Source: Candidatus Kuenenia stuttgartensis (GTDB taxonomy: Bacteria; Planctomycetota; Planctomycetia; Pirellulales; UBA1268). From it: a stretch of DNA of 64,000 nt. The notes under the pieces were generated by a model. That model made no database searches. It was not told the DNA's origin and saw nothing but the letters and a program-made list of their open reading frames with translations. Made by a program: the position numbers and the translations under genes. Numbering within the stretch: position 1 is the first letter of the stretch; each line of letters begins with the position of its first letter. The stretch covers positions 2,956-66,955 of the forward strand of contig CAMBFA010000003.1 of the NCBI GenBank assembly GCA_945865325.1. The letters are read 5' to 3'. This document shows, piece by piece, positions 9,839 through 21,061 of this stretch.

Positions 9839-12800
9839 TCACGTCCAGTCGCCGAGGCCCTCGACGGCGGCAGCCGAGCCGTCCCGGAGCCAGCCATCGA
9901 GCTGGGAGACATCCTTGAGCTGCTGCCCCCGGAACCGGGGGACGACGAAGTAGCGCGTCGAGACCTCGGGGAGGGCGGTCATGTCGCCCCACAGTTTCTC
10001 GAACTGGGCCACCGGGAAGACATCCTCCTGACCGTGCCCCCACCGCTTCTTGACGTCTTTGAGGGTCACGTAGGTCGGCATCCGGGATGCCACCGCGCGG
10101 ATCGCCGCCGCGACCCGGGCCGTGGCCCCCCCATCGCCGTCAGCCGCGGCGATCACGTCGCCGCGATCAATCCCAAACACCCCGAGGAGCGCGTCGAGGT
10201 CGATCCAGATCGTGGCGGAATTGTAGAACCGCAACCGGAACTCATCCTCCTCTCGGGGCATCGCCAGCCCCTCGACGAGCCGCGGCCGGCCGTTGACCCG
10301 CGCCAGGCCGCCACCGCGGTCCTCGATCTGCCGCGGAATCACCTCGACCCCGAGCGTCGCTCCCCCGGCGATGTGACGGCCGAGGATCGCCGGGTCGAGA
10401 TCGGTGCCGACGGTGTCGATGTTGTGGATCATCAGCCAAGCCAGCCGCGGCTGAACGCGGAGGAGTCGGGCGAGAACTCCGTTGCGGAGCATGTTGGGAA
10501 ATTCGTACCAGTGCCCGACCGGGTGGAGGCACTGCGCCAGCGCGTTGTCGGTGTAGTCGCTCCCCTCCCCGACACGCTCGGCCCAGGCCACGAGCGCGGC
10601 TTGGACACTGTCGCGCATCTTCTCTCGCTGCTCGTCGAGCACCTGCCGGGCCGACTCTTCCCAGGCAAACCGCAGATCGCGGACCATCGGCACCAACCGC
10701 AGTCCCACGGCCCTGCCGGGGGAAAGGATCACCGGCAGCCCGGCAGCCTCGAGCTGTCGGTGCGTCAGATGGCTGGTCGTGACAACATGCGGAACGGTGC
10801 CCCCGGCAAGCCGCGAGACGCGCCGCGTCTTGGCGACATGGACATCGAGGAAGGTTCGCCACGCACCGGCGAGCCGGCAGAAGGGATGGAGGGCCTTGAC
10901 CACCCCCGCGCCCTGCGTCCAGCGGCTGCCGATCCCCGCCGAGAGCGTGATGACTGCGGCCTCGCCCCGGGCGATCGCCGCCAGCCCCACCTCCCGGTCG
11001 GCGGAGGCCGCGGTCTGCCCCGATCCACCGACCCACTCCACATCGCCATCCTCGACATCGTCGATCGACGTCGAGGGGGGGAGCCGGTTCTGCGCCAGCC
11101 CGATCCGACCGCCCCGAAGATCGGACCGGATCTGTTCGTGCTCGACGTTGTCAAACCCCAACGACTCCAGCGCGCCCCGCAGATCCCGCGCCGTGGTCCG
11201 GGCCGTGTCGCCGGTAGGGAAGAGCCGATCGAAGAGGGTGTGCACCATGCCGGCGAGCTCGGGGCGGGAGCGGCAGGCGGAGCCGAAGGCATCGAGCTCG
11301 CTGCGGCGCGATTCGGTCAGCTCGGGGCGCGACGTGCGGAGAAGCCCAGGGACGACGCGGGCGTAGTACGGGGAGGGCATGAGGGCATCCGCCCCCTCAT
11401 GGAGCTGGCACCAGGTACCGCGGGAGTTGACGGTGAAGTCGTAGACGACCGGCTCCATGGCGAACGGGAGGCCATGCTCGAAGCGCCGCTTCGTCGCCGC
11501 CATGATGCCGGCGAGCGCCTCCTGCCCCTCGAGGCGGGCCGATGGATCGAAGATGAATCCCATCCCCCCGCCCGACATGCCACCGAGCATCCAGAAGCCC
11601 CAGAAGCGATCGCCGAAGCGGGCCTGGACGGCATCGATCAGCGCTTCGGTGTAGGCGTTGCTCGACCAGGGGATGATGGTGCGGAGCGGGCCGGTGAAAT
11701 TGCGCGTCGTGGCGGCGGCGATCCGCCGCGCGTCCCCGGCGGTGAGGCCGGCGATGATCTCGTCGAGCACCTCCCCAGCCTCGATCCGGGCCTGCCACTC
11801 CGCCTCGCAGCGGAGAAGGTATTTCTCGGTCACCATCTCGAGGATCGGACCGACGTTTTGGGCCATGCCGCCATGGACGAGGACGAGCGATTCCTGGAGA
11901 TCGACTCCCAGCGTTAACGGATCGTGCCGGGGGAGGAGACGCCCGCGGCTGACGCCGAACTCCGGATCCCCCTCGGCGGCGACGACCCCGCGGATGAGCT
12001 TTGCAGCCGGCCACACCCCGCCGGAATCCTGCCACCCGCCACCACTCCCGCCGAGCCACTCGCCGAGGATCGCCCGGGCCGCGACGAGACGACGCTCCGT
12101 CTCGTCGAGCCCGCCGGTGAGGGAGCGGGCCTGCCCGGTGGCCCGCATGCAGACACTGATGAGGGCGGCGAGGAGATTGGTTGAGACGGCCAGGCGCGAT
12201 CCCTTCGGAATCCCGTTGACCGAACTGACCAGCTCCAGGCCGTGGCCCGGGCCGACGACGGCGGCAAGCACGTCGGCCAGGGACTCCCCCGATCCCTCGA
12301 TCCCCGGCGGCACGATCCCCGCGGCGATGATCGCCGCCTTCAGCAACCCGAGGTGGTCACGACCGAAATCGAAGACCTCGCCCAGATCGGTGATGTCGGC
12401 CGTGGCGTCGAGGTCGATGCTCGTCAGCCGGAGCAAGGGCTCGTCGATGACTCGGAAGAACACCTCCACCGGCGGCCGGGCCCTGGCATCGCGCCCGTGG
12501 ACGCCCAGATCGACCGACACATTGAGGACCCGCGCTGCCTCGGGGCAATCCATCCCGAGGAAGAAGATGTCGCTCCAGCCGGTATGCGACAGATCCATCC
12601 GGACCGGCGTCGATTCCTGGAGGAGCGGGAAAGGGGTCGTGGCCCCGGGCGCCCCGCGCCGGAGTAACTCCGGGCGGATGCGGAGCGGGTGGTCGTCGGG
12701 ATGGCCGACCCGGAACATCCACTGGTTGCCGCGGATCGAACGCACCGACTGCCGCACCTGATTGGCTAACGTCTGCAGCCCAAGTTCGCGATAGGCGCTG

Positions 12801-13156
12801 GCCAAGGCGCTCGACAGGGCGGCAGACGGCCCGTCGGCCTGCTGGCGCGCGAGGAGGACGTCGATCGCCTCCTCGAAACGTCGACCGAGGAGATGGTGGA
12901 CGGCTGCGGCGGGGATCAGCCCCGCCGTCGCGGCCGACTCGCCGAGGGCCGCAGGGAGCTGGTAGCGGTGGATGGCGGCGAGAAAGAACAGCGCCCGGAC
13001 GCGGCGGTAGAGATTGGGACACTCGCGCCGGAAGGCATCGAGGGCCGCCGCCTCGGCAAGCAGGCCCGCCGGGCCCGCGCCCCGGCAGACCTCGTCGATC
13101 GAACGATCACGCGAATCCGCGTCGGCCGCGGTGATGATTTCGACGAGCCTGCTCAT
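9839..13156 (-). CDS. Bifunctional GHMP sugar kinase (fucokinase-like) / UDP-sugar pyrophosphorylase (UDPGP family)
   Basis: Kinase motifs [38 protein letters not shown]-terminal [20 protein letters not shown] nucleotidyltransferase motifs. Confidence 0.8.
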   Translation of the reverse strand: MSRLVEIITAADADSRDRSIDEVCRGAGPAGLLAEAAALDAFRRECPNLYRRVRALFFLAAIHRYQLPAALGESAATAGLIPAAAVHHLLGRRFEEAIDVLLARQQADGPSAALSSALASAYRELGLQTLANQVRQSVRSIRGNQWMFRVGHPDDHPLRIRPELLRRGAPGATTPFPLLQESTPVRMDLSHTGWSDIFFLGMDCPEAARVLNVSVDLGVHGRDARARPPVEVFFRVIDEPLLRLTSIDLDATADITDLGEVFDFGRDHLGLLKAAIIAAGIVPPGIEGSGESLADVLAAVVGPGHGLELVSSVNGIPKGSRLAVSTNLLAALISVCMRATGQARSLTGGLDETERRLVAARAILGEWLGGSGGGWQDSGGVWPAAKLIRGVVAAEGDPEFGVSRGRLLPRHDPLTLGVDLQESLVLVHGGMAQNVGPILEMVTEKYLLRCEAEWQARIEAGEVLDEIIAGLTAGDARRIAAATTRNFTGPLRTIIPWSSNAYTEALIDAVQARFGDRFWGFWMLGGMSGGGMGFIFDPSARLEGQEALAGIMAATKRRFEHGLPFAMEPVVYDFTVNSRGTWCQLHEGADALMPSPYYARVVPGLLRTSRPELTESRRSELDAFGSACRSRPELAGMVHTLFDRLFPTGDTARTTARDLRGALESLGFDNVEHEQIRSDLRGGRIGLAQNRLPPSTSIDDVEDGDVEWVGGSGQTAASADREVGLAAIARGEAAVITLSAGIGSRWTQGAGVVKALHPFCRLAGAWRTFLDVHVAKTRRVSRLAGGTVPHVVTTSHLTHRQLEAAGLPVILSPGRAVGLRLVPMVRDLRFAWEESARQVLDEQREKMRDSVQAALVAWAERVGEGSDYTDNALAQCLHPVGHWYEFPNMLRNGVLARLLRVQPRLAWLMIHNIDTVGTDLDPAILGRHIAGGATLGVEVIPRQIEDRGGGLARVNGRPRLVEGLAMPREEDEFRLRFYNSATIWIDLDALLGVFGIDRGDVIAAADGDGGATARVAAAIRAVASRMPTYVTLKDVKKRWGHGQEDVFPVAQFEKLWGDMTALPEVSTRYFVVPRFRGQQLKDVSQLDGWLRDGSAAAVEGLGDWT

Positions 13157-13992
13157 GGCACCTGCGGTTGCCGGGCGAGGAGTTCGACGATCTGTGCCAG
13201 CACATGGGAACGGTCGCGCCCGGAGAGGGCCAGGGCCATCTGGGCGGTGAGTAGGCCATAAGGAAGACCGAGGTCGTAGCGGGCGCCCTGCACCTGATGG
13301 GCTAGATAGCGCTCCTGGCGAGCCAGTCGCGACAGCGCCCCGGAGAGGTTACGGCGCCCCGACTCGTCAGCCGATTCGAGCAGGTCGAAGATCGCCGGCG
13401 TGAGCACGTGCATCCCGAAAAAGCAGAGATAATGACCGGCCCTCAGCCCCGGCACGACCAACTCCTGCTCGGCCTGCGTCGGTGTCGGCTTCTCGAGCAC
13501 CGTCTCGATCTCGTAGAGCCGGTTGGCATGGGCCACACGGCGCCCACCGACGGCGCCGAACCAGGGGAGCATGCTCTCCCGCGTCGGCTGCACCGCCGAC
13601 ACGGCACAATTCTCGCGCCGCGCCGTCTCGACCAGTTGCTCGGCACAGCGTGCCGGGACATCGCTGACGTAGAGATGATCGCCGACAAAGTGGAGGAACG
13701 GCTCGTCGCCGACGAAGCCCCGGGCACAGAGTACCGCGGCTCCGTAGCCATTGGGCTCCAGCTGGGGGATCATCTCGAGGCGACCGGGGCGGCGGTCGAT
13801 GGCGGCCAAAAACGCCGATTCGTCCCCCGGCCTGACGACGACAGCGATCTCGTCGGCCCCCGCCGCCAAGGCCTCGTCGACGATGATGCCAAGCGCCGAA
13901 CGGACCACGCCATCCCGGTCGACGAGCCGTTGGAGCGGATGCTCCTGGGGGGTTTTCCCGGCGGCGGTGATCACGGCGCGGCGGAGATTCAT
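13153..13992 (-). CDS. GalU-like sugar-phosphate nucleotidyltransferase
   Basis: [37 protein letters not shown]. Its stop overlaps the start of the downstream fusion gene (ATGA). Confidence 0.85.
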   Translation of the reverse strand: MNLRRAVITAAGKTPQEHPLQRLVDRDGVVRSALGIIVDEALAAGADEIAVVVRPGDESAFLAAIDRRPGRLEMIPQLEPNGYGAAVLCARGFVGDEPFLHFVGDHLYVSDVPARCAEQLVETARRENCAVSAVQPTRESMLPWFGAVGGRRVAHANRLYEIETVLEKPTPTQAEQELVVPGLRAGHYLCFFGMHVLTPAIFDLLESADESGRRNLSGALSRLARQERYLAHQVQGARYDLGLPYGLLTAQMALALSGRDRSHVLAQIVELLARQPQVP

Positions 13993-14086
13993 GGCGGCTC
14001 CGTGGGAATAGCAGGAAAGCCTGGAAAGAATCGCTCCCGAGGGACGAAAATGCAACCCGCCACTACCGGGACAAGGGAAGGAAGGC

Positions 14087-15292
14087 TTACGCCCGACGCG
14101 ACGAGCCGCCGGCGTCGTCGCCCACGCCGTACAGCCGCGTCAGGTGTCGACGGGCGATCGCCTCCCAAGCGTAGTCGGCCCGAACCCACCCCCGACCACG
14201 GCGCCCCATCGCCTCGAGGTCCGCTTCCGGCAGCGCCGTGGCGCTCGCCAAGCCCGCCGCGATTCCGGCGACGGTCGGCGCCACACTCCATCCGCAGCCT
14301 CGCTTCTCCACGTCCCCCCAAGGGGCCGCGGTCGTGACCACCGTCGGGACACCGCAGGCCAGCGCCTCCCCGACGGTGAGCGCGAAGGCCTCGGAGCGGG
14401 AGGGGAGGAGGAACAGATCGAGCCCGGCATAGTGCTCCCCGAGGCGGCTCATCGGAACCGCGCCACCGATCTCGACCTCGGCGCCGAGGCCGAGGCGATC
14501 GGCGAGTTGCCGGAGCGACACGGTCATCTCCGCCGGCCCGGGACCATCGATCGCCAGCCGCCAGCCCGCGGGCCGGACCAGCTTCCAGGCGTGGAGCAGG
14601 ACATCGAGATTCTTGATGGGGAGGATCCGGCCGAGGTAACCGGCCCGCCGCGGCTCTCCGGGAGCTCGCCCGCGCGGCGCGTCGGCGGGCGGGACGATCC
14701 CCAACGGCACGAGCACCGGCCGGCATCCGGGCAGGATCGCGGCGAGCTCCTCTCCCTCCAGCGGCGAGGTCACATGGAGGGCGTCGGCGGACACGAGCAT
14801 TCGCCGCAGGCAGCCCTCCCAGACGGCCCGCTTCCGCCACCGGCTCTTCCGCAGCGCTTCGTGGCGCAGCATCCCGTGGGGGGAGACGACGAGCCTCGCA
14901 CCGACCTCCATCGCCGCCAAGCCCGCGGCGAGGACCGGCGCCACCCACACGCCATGAAGATGGACCACGAGCGGACGCCCCTCCGCCCGGGCCAAGGCGG
15001 CGGTCTCGCGGACGACCGCCCCGATCCTCCGGGCGGCTTGCCACTGGCCGCCGGGATGCCACGGCGCCGAGACCGCATTGACCGCCACGCCGCTGCGTTG
15101 CTCGGCGCCCCGGACCACCGCCGCGATCGGACCGGCGTGCTGGCCGGTGATTCCAACCGGCACATCGATCGCTCCCAGCGCCTCGGCCAACTGGCCGACA
15201 CAGACAGGGACACCTCCGTCATCGTCGAGTGTGCTCGACACGAGGAGCACGCGCGGAAGGTCATCGGCCGATCGACGTTGCGGCAGAATCAT
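14087..15292 (-). CDS. Glycosyltransferase family 4
   Basis: [44 protein letters not shown]. Start set at ATG 15292. Confidence 0.9.
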   Translation of the reverse strand: MILPQRRSADDLPRVLLVSSTLDDDGGVPVCVGQLAEALGAIDVPVGITGQHAGPIAAVVRGAEQRSGVAVNAVSAPWHPGGQWQAARRIGAVVRETAALARAEGRPLVVHLHGVWVAPVLAAGLAAMEVGARLVVSPHGMLRHEALRKSRWRKRAVWEGCLRRMLVSADALHVTSPLEGEELAAILPGCRPVLVPLGIVPPADAPRGRAPGEPRRAGYLGRILPIKNLDVLLHAWKLVRPAGWRLAIDGPGPAEMTVSLRQLADRLGLGAEVEIGGAVPMSRLGEHYAGLDLFLLPSRSEAFALTVGEALACGVPTVVTTAAPWGDVEKRGCGWSVAPTVAGIAAGLASATALPEADLEAMGRRGRGWVRADYAWEAIARRHLTRLYGVGDDAGGSSRRA

Positions 15293-15444
15293 GCCTCGGT
15301 GCTCCTGACGATGGGCGCTGCACGAACGGGATCGCCCCGACGCCGAGGAGGCCCGGAAGCCGGTGAGGTTTTCCAGGCCGCTGGTCGGCGTACCGCCCGG
15401 TCGATCCGCTGGCCGGTGGGGCGGGGATGACATAAACTCCAGCG

Positions 15445-16515
15445 ATGAACATCACGTATTGTTGGACCGAACCGTCAGGATACCTCGCCGCCTGCCTCAA
15501 TGAGCTCGCCCGTCGACCAGGGGTGAATGTCTCCCTCATTCATTGGGCCCCGTCGCCGATCGCCCCGTTTGACCTCTCGCTTTTCCGCGAGGTCACACCA
15601 CGGGTTCTCTCCGAGGCGCAACGGCACGACACTGCCGTTGTCAGGGATGTCGTTGCCGCCTCGAAGCCCGACGTCGTCGTGTTCGCGGGATGGGCCCACC
15701 GCCCCTACGTGAGCCTGCTCGACGAACCGAGGCTCCGCGGCGCCAGGTTTGTCATGACCGCCGACACGGCATTGCGGTTCACCTGGCGGCAGCGGCTGGC
15801 GCCGCTGCGGATCGGGGGGCTTTTGAAGCGGGTCGATGCCCTCAATGTGCCGGGGGAACGGGGCTACCAAGTGATGCGCTCCTGGGGGGTGCCCGGCCGC
15901 AAGATCGCGCGGCTTCTCTACGCGATCGACTACAACGGCTTCTGGGCGGCGGGAGAGCCGCGATTCGCCGACGCCACCTGGCCGAAGCGGTTTCTCTTCG
16001 TCGGGCGCTACGTGCCCGCCAAGGCGATCGACACGCTCGTCGAGGCGTATCGCTCCTATCGACAGAGCGTCGCTGACCCATGGCCGCTGACGACCTGCGG
16101 CTCCGGGCCGCTCGAATCGCTCCTGGGAGGGGTCGAAGGAATCGAGAACCGTGGCTTTCTCCAGCCGGCGGACCTCGGCCGCGAGTTCCGCAGGGCGGGG
16201 GTGTTCATCCTTCCCAGCCGGGTCGAGCCGTGGGGGCAGGTGATCGTCGAGGCCGCCGCGTCGGGGCTCCCCGTGATCTGCAGCCAGGATTGCGGAGCCG
16301 GTGTCGAGCTTGTCCGGGATTACCACACCGGGTTCATCATCCCCACCGATGACGTCGAGGCGGGCCGGCGGGCCCTGGTGAAGATGCACCACGCCCACCC
16401 CGACTTGGCAACGATGGGGAGGGAGATCCGTCACGCCGCCGCGGCCTACTCGGCCGAGCGCTGGGCCGACAACCAGCTCGGGCTGTGCGCGCGGCTCCTC
16501 AACCGGCCCGACTGA
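15445..16515 (+). CDS. Glycosyltransferase family 4
   Basis: FLFVGRYVPAK, LPSRVEPWGQVIVEAAASGLPVI. Confidence 0.92.
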   Translation: MNITYCWTEPSGYLAACLNELARRPGVNVSLIHWAPSPIAPFDLSLFREVTPRVLSEAQRHDTAVVRDVVAASKPDVVVFAGWAHRPYVSLLDEPRLRGARFVMTADTALRFTWRQRLAPLRIGGLLKRVDALNVPGERGYQVMRSWGVPGRKIARLLYAIDYNGFWAAGEPRFADATWPKRFLFVGRYVPAKAIDTLVEAYRSYRQSVADPWPLTTCGSGPLESLLGGVEGIENRGFLQPADLGREFRRAGVFILPSRVEPWGQVIVEAAASGLPVICSQDCGAGVELVRDYHTGFIIPTDDVEAGRRALVKMHHAHPDLATMGREIRHAAAAYSAERWADNQLGLCARLLNRPD

Positions 16516-16552
16516 TCCCGGCGCCACTCGACCCAGCCGATCCGGGAGCCGC

Positions 16553-18178
16553 TCACCGCCCCCCGTCGACGGAGCCGATCGGCAGGGGGCTCCCCGCGTG
16601 GACCGGACCGGTGAGACGCAGGCGCTCGGGAGGGGGCGGCAACGCCGGCGCCAGGGGGGAGGCAAAGACCGGCGACAAAGGGGCACCCAACGGACTCCGC
16701 CTCGCCAAGCCCACCTGCCGAGCGCGGAGGTGTTTCTTCCAGGCCCCGCCGGCCGGTTCGGTGGCGGCCCAGGTCACCAAGAGGATGCTCAACAGACCGA
16801 CTCCTCCGGGCGAGAGGAATGCCGCCTCGGCGATGTTCGTTAGCATCACCGCCGCAAACACGGCGATTGGGAGGATGCCACCGCGAGTGGCACAGAGGGC
16901 GAGCGTGCCGATCCACAGATAGACGAGAAACCCGAGCGGAATCCCCAATTCCTCGAGGATCATGATCGGGAGAACGCCCTTCTCGACCGTGGCCATGAGC
17001 GGGAGGCCGAGGATCGGGTCGCGCTGGATGTTCGATCGGAGCTTCGGTGTCGAGCCGATACCGAATCCGATCCCGGTGAGCGGGTAACGATCGATGTTCG
17101 ATTTCATGATGTCGATCAGCCCCTGCCGCGACGCCAGCCCCTGCTCGAGAAGCGAGACGTCTTCCTGCTCGTCGTACTTGAGGAGAAACGCCTTGGCGCC
17201 TTGCGCCAACTGCTGTCCGGCGACGACGCAGAGCAGGAGGAACAGCACGGCAGCGGCCCCCAGGCGTGCCACTACGATCCGCGGATTCTCGCCGCGCAGA
17301 TAGAGCACGCCGCTGACCATCTGCAGGATGAATGCGATAGCCACGGCGCCGACATACGACAGCAGGGCGATGCGGGCCCCCGACCAATAGAGCTCCAGAA
17401 GGCTCACCCCGAGGAGGCCGATCCTCCACCACCGCAGCGGGCGGATCGTGAGACAGTGGACGGTGAGGATTGCCGCCACGAGGGCGGCGGTGCCCCCCAT
17501 GACCTGGGAATGGACGTAGATGCCGGCGAAAAATGCGGTTCCACCCATCATGCCGCGCCCCGTGAGCTTCATCAGGAAGCTGAAGAGGATTCCGAGCAAG
17601 AGACCGCCGAAGATCGTCTGGATCGCGATGTGGCGGTCGGCCGGCGTCATCCAGGACCATCCGCACACCGCCGTCGCGAAGACGATGGTGAAGGTCAGCG
17701 ATTTCAGGAGCGAGACGTCGGCGATCAGGCTGAAAATCATCGAGTGAGCGACGACCAAGAACAGCACCGGAAGCGTCACCTTCAGAAGGCCCGTTGCCTT
17801 CGTCGTCGACGATCGGCTCGGTCCGTAGAGCAACACCGAAAACGCACACACGAAGAACACGATGAACCGGAACTGCGCACCGAGGAGAGGTGGTCCGCAG
17901 AAACTATGGCTGGTCATGTTGATCTGCCAGCAGAGGAAGAGGCTGACGATCGCCTGACGGCGGCCAGTCAGGGCCCAAGCGCAAATCAACAGATAGGCCA
18001 GAGCCGACGTCGGGGACGACGCCACGCGGAGCAGCATGGCCACCAATGGCACGAGCACCAGCCCGATCTGCCGGAAGCGGAAGGCGCCCCCGTCGGCCTG
18101 CACGGGGATCCTGGGGAGGAACTCCCCCCAACCACCATCGAGGGCTGGCGCGGACGCTGCATGGACCTGAGAAGACAT
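16553..18178 (-). CDS. O-antigen ligase/polymerase-like (WaaL/Wzy) membrane protein
   Basis: About 11-12 hydrophobic segments, SGAR, periplasmic loop SRQGL..PLTGIGFG..LEELGI. Lies within the glycan locus. Confidence 0.7.
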   Translation of the reverse strand: MSSQVHAASAPALDGGWGEFLPRIPVQADGGAFRFRQIGLVLVPLVAMLLRVASSPTSALAYLLICAWALTGRRQAIVSLFLCWQINMTSHSFCGPPLLGAQFRFIVFFVCAFSVLLYGPSRSSTTKATGLLKVTLPVLFLVVAHSMIFSLIADVSLLKSLTFTIVFATAVCGWSWMTPADRHIAIQTIFGGLLLGILFSFLMKLTGRGMMGGTAFFAGIYVHSQVMGGTAALVAAILTVHCLTIRPLRWWRIGLLGVSLLELYWSGARIALLSYVGAVAIAFILQMVSGVLYLRGENPRIVVARLGAAAVLFLLLCVVAGQQLAQGAKAFLLKYDEQEDVSLLEQGLASRQGLIDIMKSNIDRYPLTGIGFGIGSTPKLRSNIQRDPILGLPLMATVEKGVLPIMILEELGIPLGFLVYLWIGTLALCATRGGILPIAVFAAVMLTNIAEAAFLSPGGVGLLSILLVTWAATEPAGGAWKKHLRARQVGLARRSPLGAPLSPVFASPLAPALPPPPERLRLTGPVHAGSPLPIGSVDGGR

Positions 18179-18212
18179 GGCGGGAATCATGGCGGGAGGG
18201 GGGAATCACCTT

Positions 18213-19325
18213 TCAGCGATCGGATGGCCCACGAACCGCGAGCCTGTCGAGGAACGCGCGGACGCCGGCCGCGGGATCGTGCCTTTTGGCCACCGCATGG
18301 ACACGGCACCGGCGCTCCCATTCGATCTTACCGGCCGAGAGGCACCGTTGCAGCGCCTCGGCGAGCGGTCGAACGCGCCCGGCCGGCACGACCATGCCGG
18401 CCACGGGATCATCGATCATATCGGCCGCCCCGCAGCCGTCGCTGCACACGACCGGAGTTCCAGCGATCAGGGCCTCATTGACCACCATGCCCCAGCCGTC
18501 GTGTCGGCTCGGCACGACGCAGCAGTCGCTGGCCGCGATGGCACGACGGACCGCCCCGTTGGCCATGGGGGGATGGAAGCCGACGCGTGCCTGCGGCAAC
18601 CCCCCTGCCGCCCGCCGCAGTTCGTACTCGAGCGGCCCGCTCCCGTAAAAATCGCACCGCCATGGCAACCCGTCGAGGTCGGCCAGGGCGGCCATGAGCA
18701 CCTCGAGCCCCTTGCGCCGGATCATCTGTCCGACGGCAATGAACCGGAAATCCCCGCCGGCGGTCTCCTCCGCAGGTGGCCACGGGGAATCGGGCACGTC
18801 GAGATAATAGCCAAAACGCCCGATCTTCCGCCGCGGGATGCCGATCGACTCGAAGAATTGCCGGCCGACCCCCCCCATCGCCAGCACGAAGTCGATCCGT
18901 TGCCCCCAACGACCGACGAGCCAGCGGCCGCGGGCCCGCTTCAGCCCCCCGGTCCACGGCCCCTGCTCCGGGGCCTCCGAGAGGATCGCCAGACGAGCCG
19001 CCGACGGAGTCAGTTGGCGGAAGGCCCGCCAGACGATGCGGTGCGAGAAGAAGCCGGAGAAGACGTGGAGCGAATCGGTCCCGCGATGTGCGACGAGCGT
19101 GCCGAAGCCCTCCGCCGACGACACGTCAACCACCCGCACGCGCTTGTGGGGGGCGTGACGCCACCCCTGATCGACACGGCAGGCCGGAAGCGCGGATTCG
19201 ACGGCGAGGATCACCTCGCCCGGCACGGCCGCAGCGAGCGCTTCGAGAAAGTCATGCTGATGCGGACTCTCGATCGGCTGCCAGAACACGATCCGCTGGA
19301 GTCCTTCGAGCCCGCCGCGGTTCAC
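18213..19325 (-). CDS. Glycosyltransferase family 4
   Basis: FIAVGQMIRRKG, VPSRHDGWGMVVNEALIAGTPV. GTG start overlaps the stop of the ABC gene. Confidence 0.88.
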   Translation of the reverse strand: MNRGGLEGLQRIVFWQPIESPHQHDFLEALAAAVPGEVILAVESALPACRVDQGWRHAPHKRVRVVDVSSAEGFGTLVAHRGTDSLHVFSGFFSHRIVWRAFRQLTPSAARLAILSEAPEQGPWTGGLKRARGRWLVGRWGQRIDFVLAMGGVGRQFFESIGIPRRKIGRFGYYLDVPDSPWPPAEETAGGDFRFIAVGQMIRRKGLEVLMAALADLDGLPWRCDFYGSGPLEYELRRAAGGLPQARVGFHPPMANGAVRRAIAASDCCVVPSRHDGWGMVVNEALIAGTPVVCSDGCGAADMIDDPVAGMVVPAGRVRPLAEALQRCLSAGKIEWERRCRVHAVAKRHDPAAGVRAFLDRLAVRGPSDR

Positions 19326-21061
19326 CTCCGCACGACCTCCGCGAGCGTCCCCGAACCGACGACCCGCCCCCTGTCGAGGCGGTACACGACGTCGCACTGC
19401 TCCACCGTCGACAACCGATGGGCAATGATCACCAGGGTCTTGGCGCCTTGAAGGGCATTGACCGCCGCCATGACCTCGCTCTCGGTGTCGGTGTCGAGCG
19501 CGCTGGTCGCCTCGTCGAGGACGAGCACGGCCGGATCGTGGTAGAGAGCGCGGGCGATCCCGATCCGTTGCCGCTGCCCTCCCGAGAGGCGCACCCCCCG
19601 CTCCCCCACGACAGTCGAAAGACCCTCAGACAGCGAAGCGACGAAATCATCCAAACGAGCGGCCCGGATGGCCCGTTCAAGCGCCTGCTCGTCGATCTCT
19701 TCCGGAGGGACACCGAAGGCGACATTCTCACGCAACGACTCGTCACAGAGGTAAATACTCTGCGGGACGTACCCCACCATGTCCTGCCAACCGCGGAGAT
19801 TGTCGCGGATGTCGACACCGTCGACCGTTATCCTCCCCTCTTTCGGCTCGAGAAGACCAAGAAGCAGGTCGACGGCGGTGCTCTTGCCGGCACCACTACC
19901 ACCGATGATTCCGACCGCCGCGCCGTAGGGGATGGACATCGACACTCCGTCGAGCGCCGGGGCAGACGCGTTTGCAAACCGGAACGTTACCCCTTCGATG
20001 GCGATCGATCGTCGAAACTCCATCTTTCGTGAGGCTTCCGGAGGCGAAGAGAACAGCATCAGATCGTTCTGCAGGGCTTTCAGCCCAGACGCACCAAAGC
20101 GGAAGTTCTGGGCGGCCAGGGCGAGCCGGTTGACCGACGGGAGGAGTCGGAAGGCAGCCGTCGCGAACAGGCCGAGGCTACCAACCATGTCGCGGCTGTC
20201 CCGTCCTTGCCAGAGCATCGTCCCGGCCAGCGCGCAGAGGGTTGATACGGCGACGAGCTCGAGCCACATCCGCGGAATCTGCCCCATCACGATCTGGCGG
20301 ACCGAGATGTTGGCTGCAACACGGGCGTGCCGGTCGTATTGGTTGACGAAGTATTCCTCGCGTCCCCGGATTTTCACATCCTTTGCTCCCCCCAGTCCCT
20401 GGTTAACATGCCGACCGATGACGGCCGCCAATTTGAACCGCATGTCACCCCAGCGCTGCATCCGCTTTCCCGTGATCCAAGCGAGCAACTGCATCGCGAT
20501 CAGCAGGGAGCCGCCAGCAACAAGGGTGCTCAGCGGCTCAATGTACGCAAGCATCCCCACCACCCCCACGAGCACGAGGCTGTCGCTCACCGAGGAAAGC
20601 ATGGTCGAACAAAGCTGGGAGAAATTGTTCACCTCGTTCATCGTTCGCATCAATTCAACCGAGTTGCGTCCGAGGTGGAACGACCACGGCTGATGAAGGT
20701 AGATCGCGAACAGTTTCCTCGCGAGGCTGGTCTGGAGGGTGGTGATGAACCTCGATTGAAAATAGATCGAGACAACAAGAAAACCCGTTTTGACCAGATA
20801 GATGACAAACAGCGCGAAAAATGCACCGACGATCAACTGCTGTTTCGTCGGGTTCCCCAGTCGGGCGAGGATCGCGGCGGCCACGGGTGAGGGGGTCGAA
20901 TCATCGAGCGTCATCGCCGCCAAGGCCGGAATCATCAGACCGACACCGAGCATCTCGAGGATCATGCTCACGAACATCAACCCCAGCAGGCCGATCGAGG
21001 CGACCTTTTGCCTGGCGCTCAAGATCGACCAGACGGCGGACACCATCTTGAGGACGTTCAT
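19322..21061 (-). CDS. ABC transporter permease/ATPase, PglK/Wzk-like lipid-linked glycan flippase
   Basis: N-terminal TM domain, Walker A GGSGAGKS, LSGGQRQR, LDEATSALD. Glycan-locus context. Confidence 0.85.
   Translation of the reverse strand: MNVLKMVSAVWSILSARQKVASIGLLGLMFVSMILEMLGVGLMIPALAAMTLDDSTPSPVAAAILARLGNPTKQQLIVGAFFALFVIYLVKTGFLVVSIYFQSRFITTLQTSLARKLFAIYLHQPWSFHLGRNSVELMRTMNEVNNFSQLCSTMLSSVSDSLVLVGVVGMLAYIEPLSTLVAGGSLLIAMQLLAWITGKRMQRWGDMRFKLAAVIGRHVNQGLGGAKDVKIRGREEYFVNQYDRHARVAANISVRQIVMGQIPRMWLELVAVSTLCALAGTMLWQGRDSRDMVGSLGLFATAAFRLLPSVNRLALAAQNFRFGASGLKALQNDLMLFSSPPEASRKMEFRRSIAIEGVTFRFANASAPALDGVSMSIPYGAAVGIIGGSGAGKSTAVDLLLGLLEPKEGRITVDGVDIRDNLRGWQDMVGYVPQSIYLCDESLRENVAFGVPPEEIDEQALERAIRAARLDDFVASLSEGLSTVVGERGVRLSGGQRQRIGIARALYHDPAVLVLDEATSALDTDTESEVMAAVNALQGAKTLVIIAHRLSTVEQCDVVYRLDRGRVVGSGTLAEVVRR

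Noticed and set aside
19700-21000. Slightly less GC-rich appearance of the ABC flippase gene, suggesting a horizontally acquired island
   Set aside because: Only an impression by eye, with no mobility genes or boundaries, and common in glycan loci.
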